From contig JACJYV010000005.1 of NCBI GenBank assembly GCA_020635905.1, positions 1,133 to 65,132 of the forward strand: a DNA stretch of 64,000 nucleotides. The letters run 5' to 3'. The notes beneath the pieces are model-generated. The model was not told the origin of the DNA and made no database searches. It saw only the letters and a program-made list of their open reading frames with translations. The position numbers and the translations under genes are program-made. The first letter of the stretch is position 1, and each line of letters begins with the position of its first letter. The DNA is from Bacteroidia bacterium (GTDB lineage Bacteria; Bacteroidota; Bacteroidia; J057; JADKCL01). Positions 1 to 10,283 of this stretch are shown in pieces.

Positions 1-1
1 C

Positions 2-1255
2 CGGGATTTTGGAAGGGGGCTTCAATATACTCACCTGACTCAAAATGAGAATCAGGAAAAACTAAAAAATTCAAACGTCATAGGGAAGTTTGGAATAGGA
101 TTAAAGGATGCCCTTGCAACATTCGACAGGAAAGGAATAACGGTCCTGGCACACTCAAAGCATAGTCAAATAACAATTTCAAAATCTGCTAAAGAGGGGT
201 TTGGAGACATTATTACCTTGCACGCAATAATTAATGAACCAAGAGACAAAAATTTCATCGGAACGGAATTTGAGTTAATAGGGGTCTCCGATAAAGATAT
301 AGAAGAAGCCAAAAACCTGTTTCTAAAATTTTCGGGGGAGAACGTTCTTGAAACAACCAGGCAAGGGCAGGTTATCGAAAAGAAAGGCAAGAATGGAAAC
401 ATTTACATTAATGGGGTTAAGGTAGCAGAGGAAGAAAACTTTTTGTTCAGTTATAATATTACGGTTTTGAATGCTTCGATAAAAAAGGCTTTAAACCGTG
501 AGCGAACGAATGTTGGCAGGAGCGCATATACTGATTCTGTTAAAAAAATCCTTTTGGCATCTCAATCAAGAAATGTTGCTGAAAATCTTGCCAGGGATTT
601 GACCAATATTGCCAGAGGTATGGCCCACGACGAACTTTCCTGGATTGATGTACAGGAGCATTCGGTAAAAATATTAAATCGGCAGGGAAAGTATCTTTTT
701 GTGACTGCATTCGAAGGAATGCAGTACCCAGATATGATTGATCAAGCCAGAATTAGTGGGCATCAAATAATCACAATCCCTGATAATTTAAAGTTTAAAA
801 TTCAAGGATCAACCGACCATTCTGGGAATCCAATTGTTGATATTGGTCAATTTGTAAGTAACTACAATGATAGCTTTGATTTTAATTTCATTGAGATTGG
901 CGACCTCACCAATCAAGAAAAAGAAATTTATGACCTACTCCCGTTAATCATTGACTTATTTGGCGGGCAACCCCGAAAGGTAAAGTCGATAAGAATATCG
1001 ACAACTATGAGGAAGGATCTTTTTTCCAACGTTGAAACCATGGGATGTTGGGACGAGAATTCCAGTTCAATTGTATTATCCCGGAAAACCCTGAAATCTA
1101 TTGAAGAGTTTTCCGGAATCTTAATTCACGAACTAATTCATGCAAAAACAGGCCTTGATGATGTAACAAGGGCATTTGAAACAGAGTTAACAAAAACTAT
1201 CGGTCACTTGTGCAGGCATTATTTCAACAGAAAGAATGGAGTTGAGATGAATTGA
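2..1255 (+). CDS. GHKL-superfamily (MORC/Hsp90-like) ATPase, 5'-truncated by window edge, with C-terminal HExxH motif
   Basis: Frame is open from nt 2 into the annotated ORF 218..1255 with no stops. The upstream part contains GKFGIGLKDA, a Bergerat-fold G2 box of the GxFGxGxKxA Hsp90/MORC type. The C-terminus has HELIHAKTG (HExxH). The region is AT-rich. Confidence 0.5.
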   Translation, partial: RDFGRGLQYTHLTQNENQEKLKNSNVIGKFGIGLKDALATFDRKGITVLAHSKHSQITISKSAKEGFGDIITLHAIINEPRDKNFIGTEFELIGVSDKDIEEAKNLFLKFSGENVLETTRQGQVIEKKGKNGNIYINGVKVAEEENFLFSYNITVLNASIKKALNRERTNVGRSAYTDSVKKILLASQSRNVAENLARDLTNIARGMAHDELSWIDVQEHSVKILNRQGKYLFVTAFEGMQYPDMIDQARISGHQIITIPDNLKFKIQGSTDHSGNPIVDIGQFVSNYNDSFDFNFIEIGDLTNQEKEIYDLLPLIIDLFGGQPRKVKSIRISTTMRKDLFSNVETMGCWDENSSSIVLSRKTLKSIEEFSGILIHELIHAKTGLDDVTRAFETELTKTIGHLCRHYFNRKNGVEMN

Positions 1256-1400
1256 GAGGCATTAATTTTATCAATGCGATAAAAATTTCATCCGATTCAT
1301 TTGTCAGCAATGCATTTCTCCAAATTGCATTTTTGTGGCTTTTTTCCGCCCCAAGTGCCTAAGTTAAATTTGATTTTTGAAACGATATTGGATTAGAGCT

Positions 1401-2309
1401 TTACTTCAAGAAGTAATTTCCCCTCACATTTGAATTTCTTACAATTTCTTTATAATCCTTCTGCTTTGGAGCCAAAATGTTGCTGCCCCTAAACTTCATA
1501 TCTAAAAGTTCAGGCAAGGTGAGTGAATTTAGATAATCCCGGAATTCAATGTTATTTATTTGTCTGATAATTTTTCGCTCTGCTGTTATCAGGGAACCAG
1601 TGTCCATCCCGCAAAATTTTGTGATTAGCTTTTCTTTGATTTCAGGTTGATTTTCCTCCAAAATCTCTGAAATAAATACTTTCCCAGCCTCAGTAAGCTC
1701 ATCTTTTGAATATTTCTTTTCGGATTCTCGGTAAATAAACACTCGGGTTTCTATGGGTTGAAAAATCAGCCCGCAATTATGAAAGTGTGTGTTTCTTTCA
1801 CGAAATTCCAATTGGATCTGCTCCAAATTAATCACTGTATAAAGAAAATGATCCAAATAATGGAGATTGAAACTTTCTATGACATGCAGCAGGTCATAAA
1901 ACAAGATGGAATCAATCTTATTTTGAATGAATAATCGAAAAGCTCGTCCGACCAATTTTGCTTTCTTCTCAGAATCAATTTTGTCCATTAAATGAAGGAT
2001 TTTTTCTCCCAAATCATTTTCCTTTTTCGAGTCATTGAAATGCCTGGAGATAAATTTCCTTAGTTCAACTTTTGGAACGGATTCTATTTCATCCCAAAAT
2101 GATCTTAATTTATTCAAAAATAATTGCTCCCGAATTCCTAAGCCTGATTTAACAATAGCAATTGCGGTGCCAAGGACCGGGATTGATCGAATAATCTCGT
2201 CCTCCATAAAACGATCAAGCAATGCCTCCCCAATGGCCTTTCCAGTATCAAGGCTTATTGATTTTACGGATGCTGCCACCTCCTTTTTAATAGAATTTGT
2301 CTTTTTCAT
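1401..2309 (-). CDS. hypothetical protein, downstream partner of DUF4365-like gene
   Basis: 302-aa ORF on the same strand, 43 bp downstream of the 2353..4377 gene. It shares AT-rich composition with its neighbours. No motif recognised. Confidence 0.45.
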   Translation of the reverse strand: MKKTNSIKKEVAASVKSISLDTGKAIGEALLDRFMEDEIIRSIPVLGTAIAIVKSGLGIREQLFLNKLRSFWDEIESVPKVELRKFISRHFNDSKKENDLGEKILHLMDKIDSEKKAKLVGRAFRLFIQNKIDSILFYDLLHVIESFNLHYLDHFLYTVINLEQIQLEFRERNTHFHNCGLIFQPIETRVFIYRESEKKYSKDELTEAGKVFISEILEENQPEIKEKLITKFCGMDTGSLITAERKIIRQINNIEFRDYLNSLTLPELLDMKFRGSNILAPKQKDYKEIVRNSNVRGNYFLK

Positions 2310-2352
2310 TATTGCTAATAAGAGAGTTTCAATAAATCAATTGGTTCAAAAC

Positions 2353-4377
2353 TTATTCTTGAGAAAAATACCTGTAAAATTTTCGGTCAAAAAATGCTTT
2401 TCGGACCCGAAATACATTCTCCCAACATTTAATTCCGGTGTCCGCTCTCATCCCTTCCCTTATTCCCTCTCTGGAAACTTCTGGATAAAGGATATTTGCA
2501 ATTGGGATTTCTCCAACATCCCATATTCCAAGAAAGGCTCCCTGTTCTGACTTTGGGACTTTTAAAATATTGAAAACCTCTTTAATCTCTTCTTTTGGAA
2601 AAGAAAATACCTTAATGGGAATTAGCTCTATAAAAAGCCTGCCATAGCTATCGGCTCCCCTTGATTCAATCATCTCAAGTTCATCCATTTCCTTCATTTT
2701 TGCCACCAACTTTTCCCAGGCAAACTCGTGAGAACTTTGCGATTTTGATTTGGTTTCGGCAATTAATTTTTCAAACTGAATGTGCTCGGGGCCCTCCTCC
2801 TTAATAAAACTCAACTTTCTAATGAATTCAGGATTCCTCCTCTCTCTTGTTTCATTTTCCAGGGCCATTAGAATTTGATCTGCCTCCTCAATAGCCCCAG
2901 AAAAGTGCAATAGACTATATTTCATTGATAGGCAGACAATTACATTTTCCCAAAAGCCAATTTTTCTAAAAAAGGATTCACATTCATTTACCTCTGCGAT
3001 AAATAACCCTATTTGGTTTGCGTAAGCTTCTTTCGAGAAAAAATATGCATCATACGATCCAAAATACTTAAAGAATATCATGGCCCTGTATTTGACTTGC
3101 AAACTATTTAATGAATTAGATTTCATTAAGGTTTCATTTCCAGTGTGGTTGATTTCAGCTTGTAAATTGGCTAAATCTTTTTCCCATTGATTCCATTTCT
3201 CTTTGTACCGTAAGGTAAATTGGTCAAGTACTCTTTCTTGGTCCCAATTGATTTTTGCCCTGTCCCTTACAAATTGATTGGAAATTTCAAGCCCACGCCT
3301 GAAGGATAATTCGGTCAATGCAGTAAGTTTGATCAAGTTGTAATTTGAGTTGTTGGCAACCCCAATCAGCTCATTTTCAAAAACAAGAAAAGCCTTTGGG
3401 TTTTTCAGTTTAAGGTTTTTAACATAATTGTCTTTGGCGGAAAATATTTTGGCATAACCCCCAAAGAATTCAGATTCCTCTAATCTTTTTAAAATGCTCG
3501 AAAACTCTTCCTTTGCAATCATTCCAAGTTGGAATTGCAGGTTGCAATGCAAATATTCAAAATGCTCCCTCTCGGGTTTTGAAAGTTCAGCTTTTTTCAA
3601 TTCGACTTTATGACAAAAAGAAAGGCAGTCATAATACTGTCCAGCATAATAATTCGCAGTTGCGAGTATGGCGTTTACCTTTGTTGTTATTGGGAGTTCA
3701 CCGCTTCCTTTTCGGAAAATTGCAAGAACTTCCGTCCAATTCCCTTCATTTATCAATCTTTTTCCATTTTGGGAAAGGAATTCGATCACATCCTCGTCAT
3801 TTGAAATATTATAGTTTCCATCTATTGTTATCCTTTTGTTCCCAACCTGATCTGCTTGGATGCGCCTCAATTGTTGTTCAAAATGGTGGCGGAATTCAAA
3901 GAAATCCTGAATTTCAGCCTTAATTTTCATTAGATCTGAGTTTTGAAATTCTCGCCAAATTGAAATGGATTTTGATTGAATTTGAGTCTGCACTTGAATT
4001 TCTTTACCTATCACAGATTGAAGTTCTTTTGCAGAAGCAAGGTAAAATTTGTCTTCTAATTCTGAATAAATGAAGTAATAGGCAGGAATTCCAGCATTCA
4101 TGAGGTAATTCAGGTTGGAAATGGCTATGCTAAACCTGAGGTTTCCGTCTTTCCCTCTTGTGGGTTTGTGGGTTGCCTTTAACTGAATATTAAATCTAAA
4201 ATTAGTTATGTAACTCCCCTCAATTAATTCGATGGAAAAGTCAACTCCAGCATCGCTATCTAATTCTTGCCTCACCCGGAAATGAGCGGTTGGCCAAAGA
4301 GAACGAAATTTATTTTCTGAAAGTGCCTTCAGGGCTGCATTCATATCACTTCCTGGCAGGGGAAAATCATTATGCAT
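2353..4377 (-). CDS. DUF4365-like (PD-(D/E)xK nuclease fold) N-terminal domain protein with long helical C-terminal region
   Basis: N-terminus ...DSDAGVDFSIELIEG...NIQLKATHK fits the D..(D/E)xK arrangement and the DUF4365 signature (DxGxD...E....QLK). 674 aa. Confidence 0.5.
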   Translation of the reverse strand: MHNDFPLPGSDMNAALKALSENKFRSLWPTAHFRVRQELDSDAGVDFSIELIEGSYITNFRFNIQLKATHKPTRGKDGNLRFSIAISNLNYLMNAGIPAYYFIYSELEDKFYLASAKELQSVIGKEIQVQTQIQSKSISIWREFQNSDLMKIKAEIQDFFEFRHHFEQQLRRIQADQVGNKRITIDGNYNISNDEDVIEFLSQNGKRLINEGNWTEVLAIFRKGSGELPITTKVNAILATANYYAGQYYDCLSFCHKVELKKAELSKPEREHFEYLHCNLQFQLGMIAKEEFSSILKRLEESEFFGGYAKIFSAKDNYVKNLKLKNPKAFLVFENELIGVANNSNYNLIKLTALTELSFRRGLEISNQFVRDRAKINWDQERVLDQFTLRYKEKWNQWEKDLANLQAEINHTGNETLMKSNSLNSLQVKYRAMIFFKYFGSYDAYFFSKEAYANQIGLFIAEVNECESFFRKIGFWENVIVCLSMKYSLLHFSGAIEEADQILMALENETRERRNPEFIRKLSFIKEEGPEHIQFEKLIAETKSKSQSSHEFAWEKLVAKMKEMDELEMIESRGADSYGRLFIELIPIKVFSFPKEEIKEVFNILKVPKSEQGAFLGIWDVGEIPIANILYPEVSREGIREGMRADTGIKCWENVFRVRKAFFDRKFYRYFSQE

Positions 4378-4708
4378 TTTGTTCTATTATTTGCAAGTAA
4401 ACGATGGCTTCAAGATGGGGATTTTTGAGGGGAGTTTGGAAATTTGTTTTTCGAAATTGTGAACAAACAGTCTGAATTTGAAAGACTTTTTGCCACTTTT
4501 TACCCCCTTTTTATTGGCAGTAGTCATTTTCCTCATAAAAAATCTGCATCTGCAAATGTATGGCCCGTTGGGTCACAATATCCTTACTTTAAACAAAATG
4601 AGAAACATTTCTTTGTCGCGATAAGCGAGTATTATCTCGACGTTGGTTCGTTATAATGGATACCCAACCATGCAAAAATTGGCCAATCATATTCAGTCTT
4701 GAGGTTCA

Positions 4709-5323
4709 TCAAAAGACCCAGCCAACATTCAATCCTATCGGAAAGGATATGCGCTTATTGGTGTCTCTAATATCTTCGGCAAAAGGCTCGGGGTTGAGCA
4801 ATCGGGTAAATTCCAACTTATATCCTACCCCAAGGAAGCCCTCAATAAACAACCTGTCGAAGAAAGTCTTCTGAATCGCAACCTCACCATTTAAGGAGAG
4901 AGCAGAAATATTGAACAATTTCATGGGTACCAATGAAGGGCAAATTTGAGAAATATCATTTCGAAAGGAATAATTTAGCTCTGGCCTGAAACTTATCCCA
5001 TCCTTTGATTTTCCTCCCCGGTTCCAATGCAATACAAAGTACTTTAATCCCAAATTGGCTCCCCACCCTCTGTATTTTATGCAATTATCCACAAACAAGC
5101 TTTCCAATGATTCACCTGGTCTCCGTACCCCCAACCCACCCAAAAAAGCGAAATTTTCAGCTGCCCTGTATTCTACTTCGGCTGAAATATTACCACGAAA
5201 TGGGCTGATCAGACTTGCTTTAAGTATGATGTTTTTATTGTCACGTTGAGCGGTGGAAGTTTGAAAAAATCCAACAACTATCGCGAACACAAGCAGAGAT
5301 ATTTTGTAAGTTTTGTGTTTCAT
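4709..5323 (-). CDS. small outer-membrane beta-barrel protein
   Basis: Signal peptide MKHKTYKISLLVFAIVVGFF..., alternating amphipathic beta-strand pattern, and C-terminal aromatic residue (…GLNVGWVF). Confidence 0.5.
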   Translation of the reverse strand: MKHKTYKISLLVFAIVVGFFQTSTAQRDNKNIILKASLISPFRGNISAEVEYRAAENFAFLGGLGVRRPGESLESLFVDNCIKYRGWGANLGLKYFVLHWNRGGKSKDGISFRPELNYSFRNDISQICPSLVPMKLFNISALSLNGEVAIQKTFFDRLFIEGFLGVGYKLEFTRLLNPEPFAEDIRDTNKRISFPIGLNVGWVF

Positions 5324-5360
5324 TTGATTTCTGGTTAGAACATTAAAGATAAAGTGAAAT

Positions 5361-7325
5361 TTATTTTTGAACGGCTAATTTTCTGATCAGGATTTCATCC
5401 CTCATTATTATTCTGCAAAAATATATGCCTGAGGAAAGGTTGCGAACGCTAAAAGTGGTGGAAAATCTCTCGGAGGAACTCATCCCTTCAAATATGTTTT
5501 TTACTAAAACTCCAGAAGGGCTAAATAATTGGATTATCATTTGTTCCCCAGGATTATTTTGAAATTCAATAGAAACATTATTATCCGATGGGTTTGGAAA
5601 AATTGCCAACCTGCGTTCTGAGCCTGATATTCCATTTCCATCCCATGTCAAAGCGCAAGGATCAACCCCTCCACCTATTCCCACGGCATGCCATGCATTT
5701 TGGCACTGGTTTTCTTCAAAGGAGTTACTTCCAAATAAATCCGAAGCAGCCTGAATTGCACCATTACGGGCATCTGAATAATCAGATTGGGAGGTCAGGT
5801 AAAATCTGAGGTTTCTGTAACTTATATTTGCTGCCTTTTCCTCCCCAATACCACAAACATTTACCGGGTTATTGGTAATGGGGTCAGGAACCTGAGTAAG
5901 AGTGTCCTGGGCAAGCAGGTAAAACCAATAATTTTGTACTCCACTATTAATGTGAACTCCACAATTGTCATTAGTTGAGCTACAAGTCAATCCTGAAAAG
6001 TCAAACCAATTTGCGCCTTCATAAAAATCAGGTTGATCAAAGTCTTTGGGGTTTGAAAGCGATCGAAATGGTCCTATTGGAATATCTTCACCAATTAACC
6101 AATTGGAATTAACCCCGGAAACAATCGAATCGGAAGCAAAGTGCTCAACGCAGGTCCCAAAAATATCCGCAAATGATTCGTTTAATGCTCCTGATTCTCT
6201 TTCATACTCCAAATCAGAAGTATAAAAAACCACTCCGTGTGAAATTTCATGGGCCACCACATCAAGAGATGAAATTGATAAGCCAGAAACTCCGCCCCCA
6301 AAATTGCCAATGTCCTTGTTTGTATTCCAATAGGCGTTCAACTGATCAAAATAAATATCCTCACGAAGAATTAGCTTTAGCCTCCTTCCCTTTCCATCCA
6401 CGCTATTCCTGGCATGATTGCTTTTAAAATAGTCATAAGTCAATTCTCCCGCCCAATGAATCCCAAAAACAGCAGCATTGGTGCCTGGCCAATTATTGTC
6501 ATCATCAAAGATGTTTTGATTTGAAAGGCCTGTCCTTCGCATAGTTTGTATGTATTTGGCCCTACAGTCATCTTTCAAATAAAAATCATTGAAGGGCCAA
6601 CCTCTGTCTTCTGAATTAATACCCTGTTGTCCGTTATAAAGAGTTGTTCCATTTCCCGGAATACAACTTAAAGAAATAGGAAGGATTTTTATTTTTCTTC
6701 CCGTACTCACCTCGATATAGGCATACCAGCTACCATCTGGATTGGCTGATTTAACCTCAACTTTGTAACAAAGAAAATAATTGTCGGAAACCGTGCTTGC
6801 ATCCACTCTTGACTTTGCCAACACCATTTTCCAAAATGGCAATTCAGATTTTAAATGATTTATCATCCAATCAACTGAATCTGCACTGACCCCTTCATAG
6901 GCAATCGTGCAGGCATCAAAAGGGGAAATTTGGGGCGTAGGAAGCAAAAAATTTCCAATTGATATATCCCCATTTGCTTTTATTACCAATCCTTCTTTTA
7001 AATGGAGAATAAACTCTGCTCCTTCTATCTTCAAATTGCCAAGGTATTGTTGATACTTTTCGTGAGTCCAACCAACCTCGTCTTCAATTGCGCTTTCCAA
7101 CCTAAATTCGGACTCCTCATCAATCATATACGAATATCTGATCAGATCGAATAACTCAGAGGAAGTTAACTGGACTTCGGGCTTCAGTCGAAGCCAATCA
7201 AGGGTGCTATTTTCATCACAGTATCCTTTTAATGGGTAATGGAGAGCGATTTGCGAGAAACAATTAGTACACTGGAAATAAAGAGTTAGAAAAAATAATA
7301 CATACTTTTTGATGAATGCTTTCAT
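5361..7325 (-). CDS. M4 (thermolysin-like) zinc metalloprotease with T9SS C-terminal sorting domain
   Basis: VVAHEISHGV HExxH motif in thermolysin-like context. N-terminal signal peptide starts at MKAFIKKYVLFF (start 7325 preferred over 7382). C-terminus ...IFPNPSDNNVSIEF...GIYFCRI... is typical of a Por secretion tail. Confidence 0.7.
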   Translation of the reverse strand: MKAFIKKYVLFFLTLYFQCTNCFSQIALHYPLKGYCDENSTLDWLRLKPEVQLTSSELFDLIRYSYMIDEESEFRLESAIEDEVGWTHEKYQQYLGNLKIEGAEFILHLKEGLVIKANGDISIGNFLLPTPQISPFDACTIAYEGVSADSVDWMINHLKSELPFWKMVLAKSRVDASTVSDNYFLCYKVEVKSANPDGSWYAYIEVSTGRKIKILPISLSCIPGNGTTLYNGQQGINSEDRGWPFNDFYLKDDCRAKYIQTMRRTGLSNQNIFDDDNNWPGTNAAVFGIHWAGELTYDYFKSNHARNSVDGKGRRLKLILREDIYFDQLNAYWNTNKDIGNFGGGVSGLSISSLDVVAHEISHGVVFYTSDLEYERESGALNESFADIFGTCVEHFASDSIVSGVNSNWLIGEDIPIGPFRSLSNPKDFDQPDFYEGANWFDFSGLTCSSTNDNCGVHINSGVQNYWFYLLAQDTLTQVPDPITNNPVNVCGIGEEKAANISYRNLRFYLTSQSDYSDARNGAIQAASDLFGSNSFEENQCQNAWHAVGIGGGVDPCALTWDGNGISGSERRLAIFPNPSDNNVSIEFQNNPGEQMIIQLFSPSGVLVKNIFEGMSSSERFSTTFSVRNLSSGIYFCRIIMRDEILIRKLAVQK

Positions 7326-7576
7326 ACGAGTTTGTTTTATGTTAAAGCAGAAAATGAATTCCCAAAAAATGCGGATAATCAAAAGGACAATTTAATTTCC
7401 CTTTGGAGAATTTTAGTAAAAGTTCCTGTTGTTTTTCAATTACAACAACAAGCATCCGATTGTACTAAATCTTTTTTATACCCAAGGAAGTGATTGAGTG
7501 ATTTTCGAAACTAAAATAAATGGTTCCCAATTTAACTTTTCTTGCACCAATTAAAAAAAAATCCAATTCAATTTCT

Positions 7577-9113
7577 GTCTTTTACTAAAATAGCTATACA
7601 ACTTTCGCAACCTTGAAAGTGATGGCAAAATCAAAAAGTAATTCAAATTCTAAAAAAGATTTAAGTGTTCAACATCGAAAGTCGCCTGCTGTTAAGCGAA
7701 TGATTGTTGAGTTGGTAGATTCAGGTAAAATGACTGGCATTGAGGCATCCCAAAAATACGGGGTCAGTACGTATGCAATTCAGCAGTGGCGTTCTGTGGT
7801 CGCTGCGGGACGTAGCCTGGTTACTCGGCAAGACAAAGCTCTCAAGCTGCGGATAATTCATGAGATTAATTCTGGTTTGTTGACTATTGAAGGCTGTTAG
7901 AGTGCGATATCAACTGTAAATAATTCCCGTTGGATGAAAGCAGCGGAGTTATCATCTTGTTCCCTAGTAAAACCGTCCCAAACCAAAGGCGGTGAAGCCA
8001 CGAAACAAATCCCTTGGAATCCGAGAACGCACGTTTGCGCAAGACAGAAGATGCCAACTGGGTTCTGGGCCTTGGATCCCTAATTGAAGTGGCTGAGGAA
8101 GCTTGAGATAAAAATCAGAAAAAGTCTGGTACCAAACAGTTGAAAAAATGAAAGAGCGTACTCCCAGCTCTCCATAGAGATTGGTGGACTGTTTGGTAAA
8201 AATCACCTGGCATATTATATTGAAATAGGCGCAAAATGCAAATCAAAGTTACACCTTGGTTCTTGATGGTACGGCTAATTCCAACCAACGGATTCTGAAG
8301 TTGCATCATGCTGAAAACTAAGCTCAATTGAAGCATAAAATGGGACGAGATGGTTTACATTTCTATTGGCCTCATACCAGATGCGGTTCGCCTCTGAGGC
8401 GATATCCCAAGACAACCTGGGCGACACTGGATGCAATGGCCTAACAATTAAAGACTTTACTAGACGGCAATAATTTGGGTGTCTGACATCACCATCAGGC
8501 TTAAAGGTGATTTTGTTTCTCTCCTTATCACAGATGCTTACTCACACAAATTGTAGGTTGGGCATTGGGTGTGCTTGGGCATGAAGGGCTATTACGCTAA
8601 AAATGGCGCTAAATCGAGGTGGAAGGACCGCAAGGTTGCTTGATCCATCCCATTGATCGTAGATTACGTGTTGTTGTAACTACGTTAAACCCTTCAGGCA
8701 GCGGGATCTCTGTCAGTATATTTAAAGCGGTGATCACGCGAAAACGCAGTTGCAGAAGGGTAAACTAAAAAGGTTGAAATGGGGTTGCGTTAATTCGAAA
8801 CTCTCATTGGAGCAAAGCGGGCATCAGGGCGCAAAATCGACATTTACAGCGATCGGGCCTGAGTTGCGATATGATGACTCCTGCCGACCCACAAACCTCG
8901 GGCCCTCTAAAACATGGAAAATACGCACAAAGAAACCAGCGAAGGAGGCGCAGGAAAAACAGGATCAGTGGCTCTGCCAGGCAAACCACTGATCATATCC
9001 CTAGCTATTTTAGTAAAGAGGATTTTAAGTGTTTAGCTATTCAGTAATGGAAATAAAATGTATGAACATATTAGTGTTAAACAAGAAGGTTGTATAATTA
9101 TTTTGGGAAGGAC
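7577..9113 (+). mobile_element. IS3-family insertion sequence, copy A, degenerate
   Basis: Outer end GTCTTTTACTAAAATAGCTATACAACTTTC at 7577 is shared with the reverse complement of the 10826 end. The inner end at about 9085-9113 is an imperfect inverted repeat of the outer end. orfA is frameshifted relative to copy B, and orfB is not recoverable. Confidence 0.7.
7613..7900 (+). pseudogene. IS3 transposase OrfA (HTH), frameshifted/truncated
   Basis: First 73 aa are identical to the 10284..10787 product, then the frame is lost (…TRQDKALKL… versus …TRQYDKALKL…). It ends after 95 aa and lacks the leucine-zipper tail. Confidence 0.7.
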
Positions 9114-9231
9114 CGATTCCACCATCATGACCCATCTATGACCCATCTATGCCCATCATGACCCATCTTGACCCGTCTGCTTACCCATCTGCTGACCCAT
9201 CTGTGACCCATCTGTGACCCGTTTTTCTCTT
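9114..9231. repeat. tandem array of about 9 copies of an 11-bp unit (ATGACCCATCT and variants) between the inner ends of two inverted IS copies
   Basis: Direct reading: atgacccatct atgacccatct atgcccatc atgacccatct tgacccgtctgc ttacccatctgc tgacccatctg tgacccatctg tgacccg. Confidence 0.8.
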
Positions 9232-9848
9232 GTCCTTCCCTAAAATAACTTACAACCTTCTTATTTAACACTAATCAACCTTTTTATTTCCTATTACTGG
9301 AATAGCTAAATAAAAATCCTCTTACTAAAATAGCTATACAGGGACTTCAGGATCAGTGGCTCTGCCCAGGCAAGCCACTGTCAATTTCCTGCCTCCTTTC
9401 ATGCTTATTCGCGTATTTTTCCATCGTTTTACCCGGGTTTGGTGGGCTTCGGCAGGAGCCGTATATCACGCTCAGGTGGAGCGGATTAATGTCGATTTGC
9501 GCTGATACACTTTGCTCAATGAGTTCAATTTAACGTTCAACCCATTTTCAAGGATGCCATTCACCCTTTACTACAGCTGCGTTTTCACGTGGATCACCGC
9601 TGGGTCGCGCGGCAGAGATCCCGGCTGCCTGAAGCGTTTTAACGTAGTTGTCACAACAATACTGGGACCCGATCTGAATGATGGATCAAGCAATCCTTGC
9701 GGTCCTTCCACTGATTAGCGCCATTTTGAAAGCCGTAATAGCCCCCTTCATGGCCATGGTCATCAATGCCCAACCTACAATTTTGTGCGAGTAAGCATCT
9801 GTGATAAGGAAGAGAAACAAAAATCACCTTAAGCCTGATGTAGTGATG

Positions 9849-10196
9849 TCAGACACCCATAATTGATTGGGGCCGTTCGTTTTGGAAGTCTTTAATCTGG
9901 TTGGGCCACTTTCGCATCCAGTGGTCGCTCCAGGTTGTCTTGGGACGATATCGCCTCAGAGGGCGAACCGTCATCTGGTATGAGGCCAATAGAGCATGTA
10001 AACCATCTCGTCCCATTTTGATGCCTTCTAATTCGAGCTTAGTTTTCAGCATGTGATGCAACTTCGGGGTGCCAATCCGGGGTTGGTCCTTGCGAATTAG
10101 CCGTACCATTTCAAGAACCAAGGTGTAATCTTTGATTTGTGCATTTTTGCGCCTATTTCGGTCATAATATGCCAGGCGATTTTCCAAACAGTCCAC
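9849..10196 (-). pseudogene. IS3 OrfB (HTH_21 + start of rve integrase) fragment; DDE core lost
   Basis: DYTLVLEMVRLIRKDQPRIGTPKLHHMLKTKLELEGIKMGRDGLHALL resembles the IS3 OrfB N-terminus. The remaining ~600 bp to the IS end have stops in all frames of this strand. Confidence 0.55.
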
Positions 10197-10283
10197 AATC
10201 TCTCTGGAGGCTGGGAGTAACGCTCTTTCATTTTTTCAACTGTTTTGGTACAGACTTTTCTGATTTTTATCTCAAGCTCCTCC

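Noticed and set aside
7404-7423. aattttagtaaaagttc, resembling the IS terminal sequence ctattttagtaaaagac, 150 bp outside copy A
   Set aside because: Only a 13-bp match. Could be a solo IR remnant or chance. Insufficient to call a feature.
7613-7900. Intact transposase in IS copy A
   Set aside because: Identical to copy B OrfA for 73 aa then diverges through a frameshift and terminates early, so it is a pseudogene, not a functional orfA.
9114-9231. Possible CRISPR array
   Set aside because: Repeat unit is only about 11 bp and copies are contiguous with no spacers.
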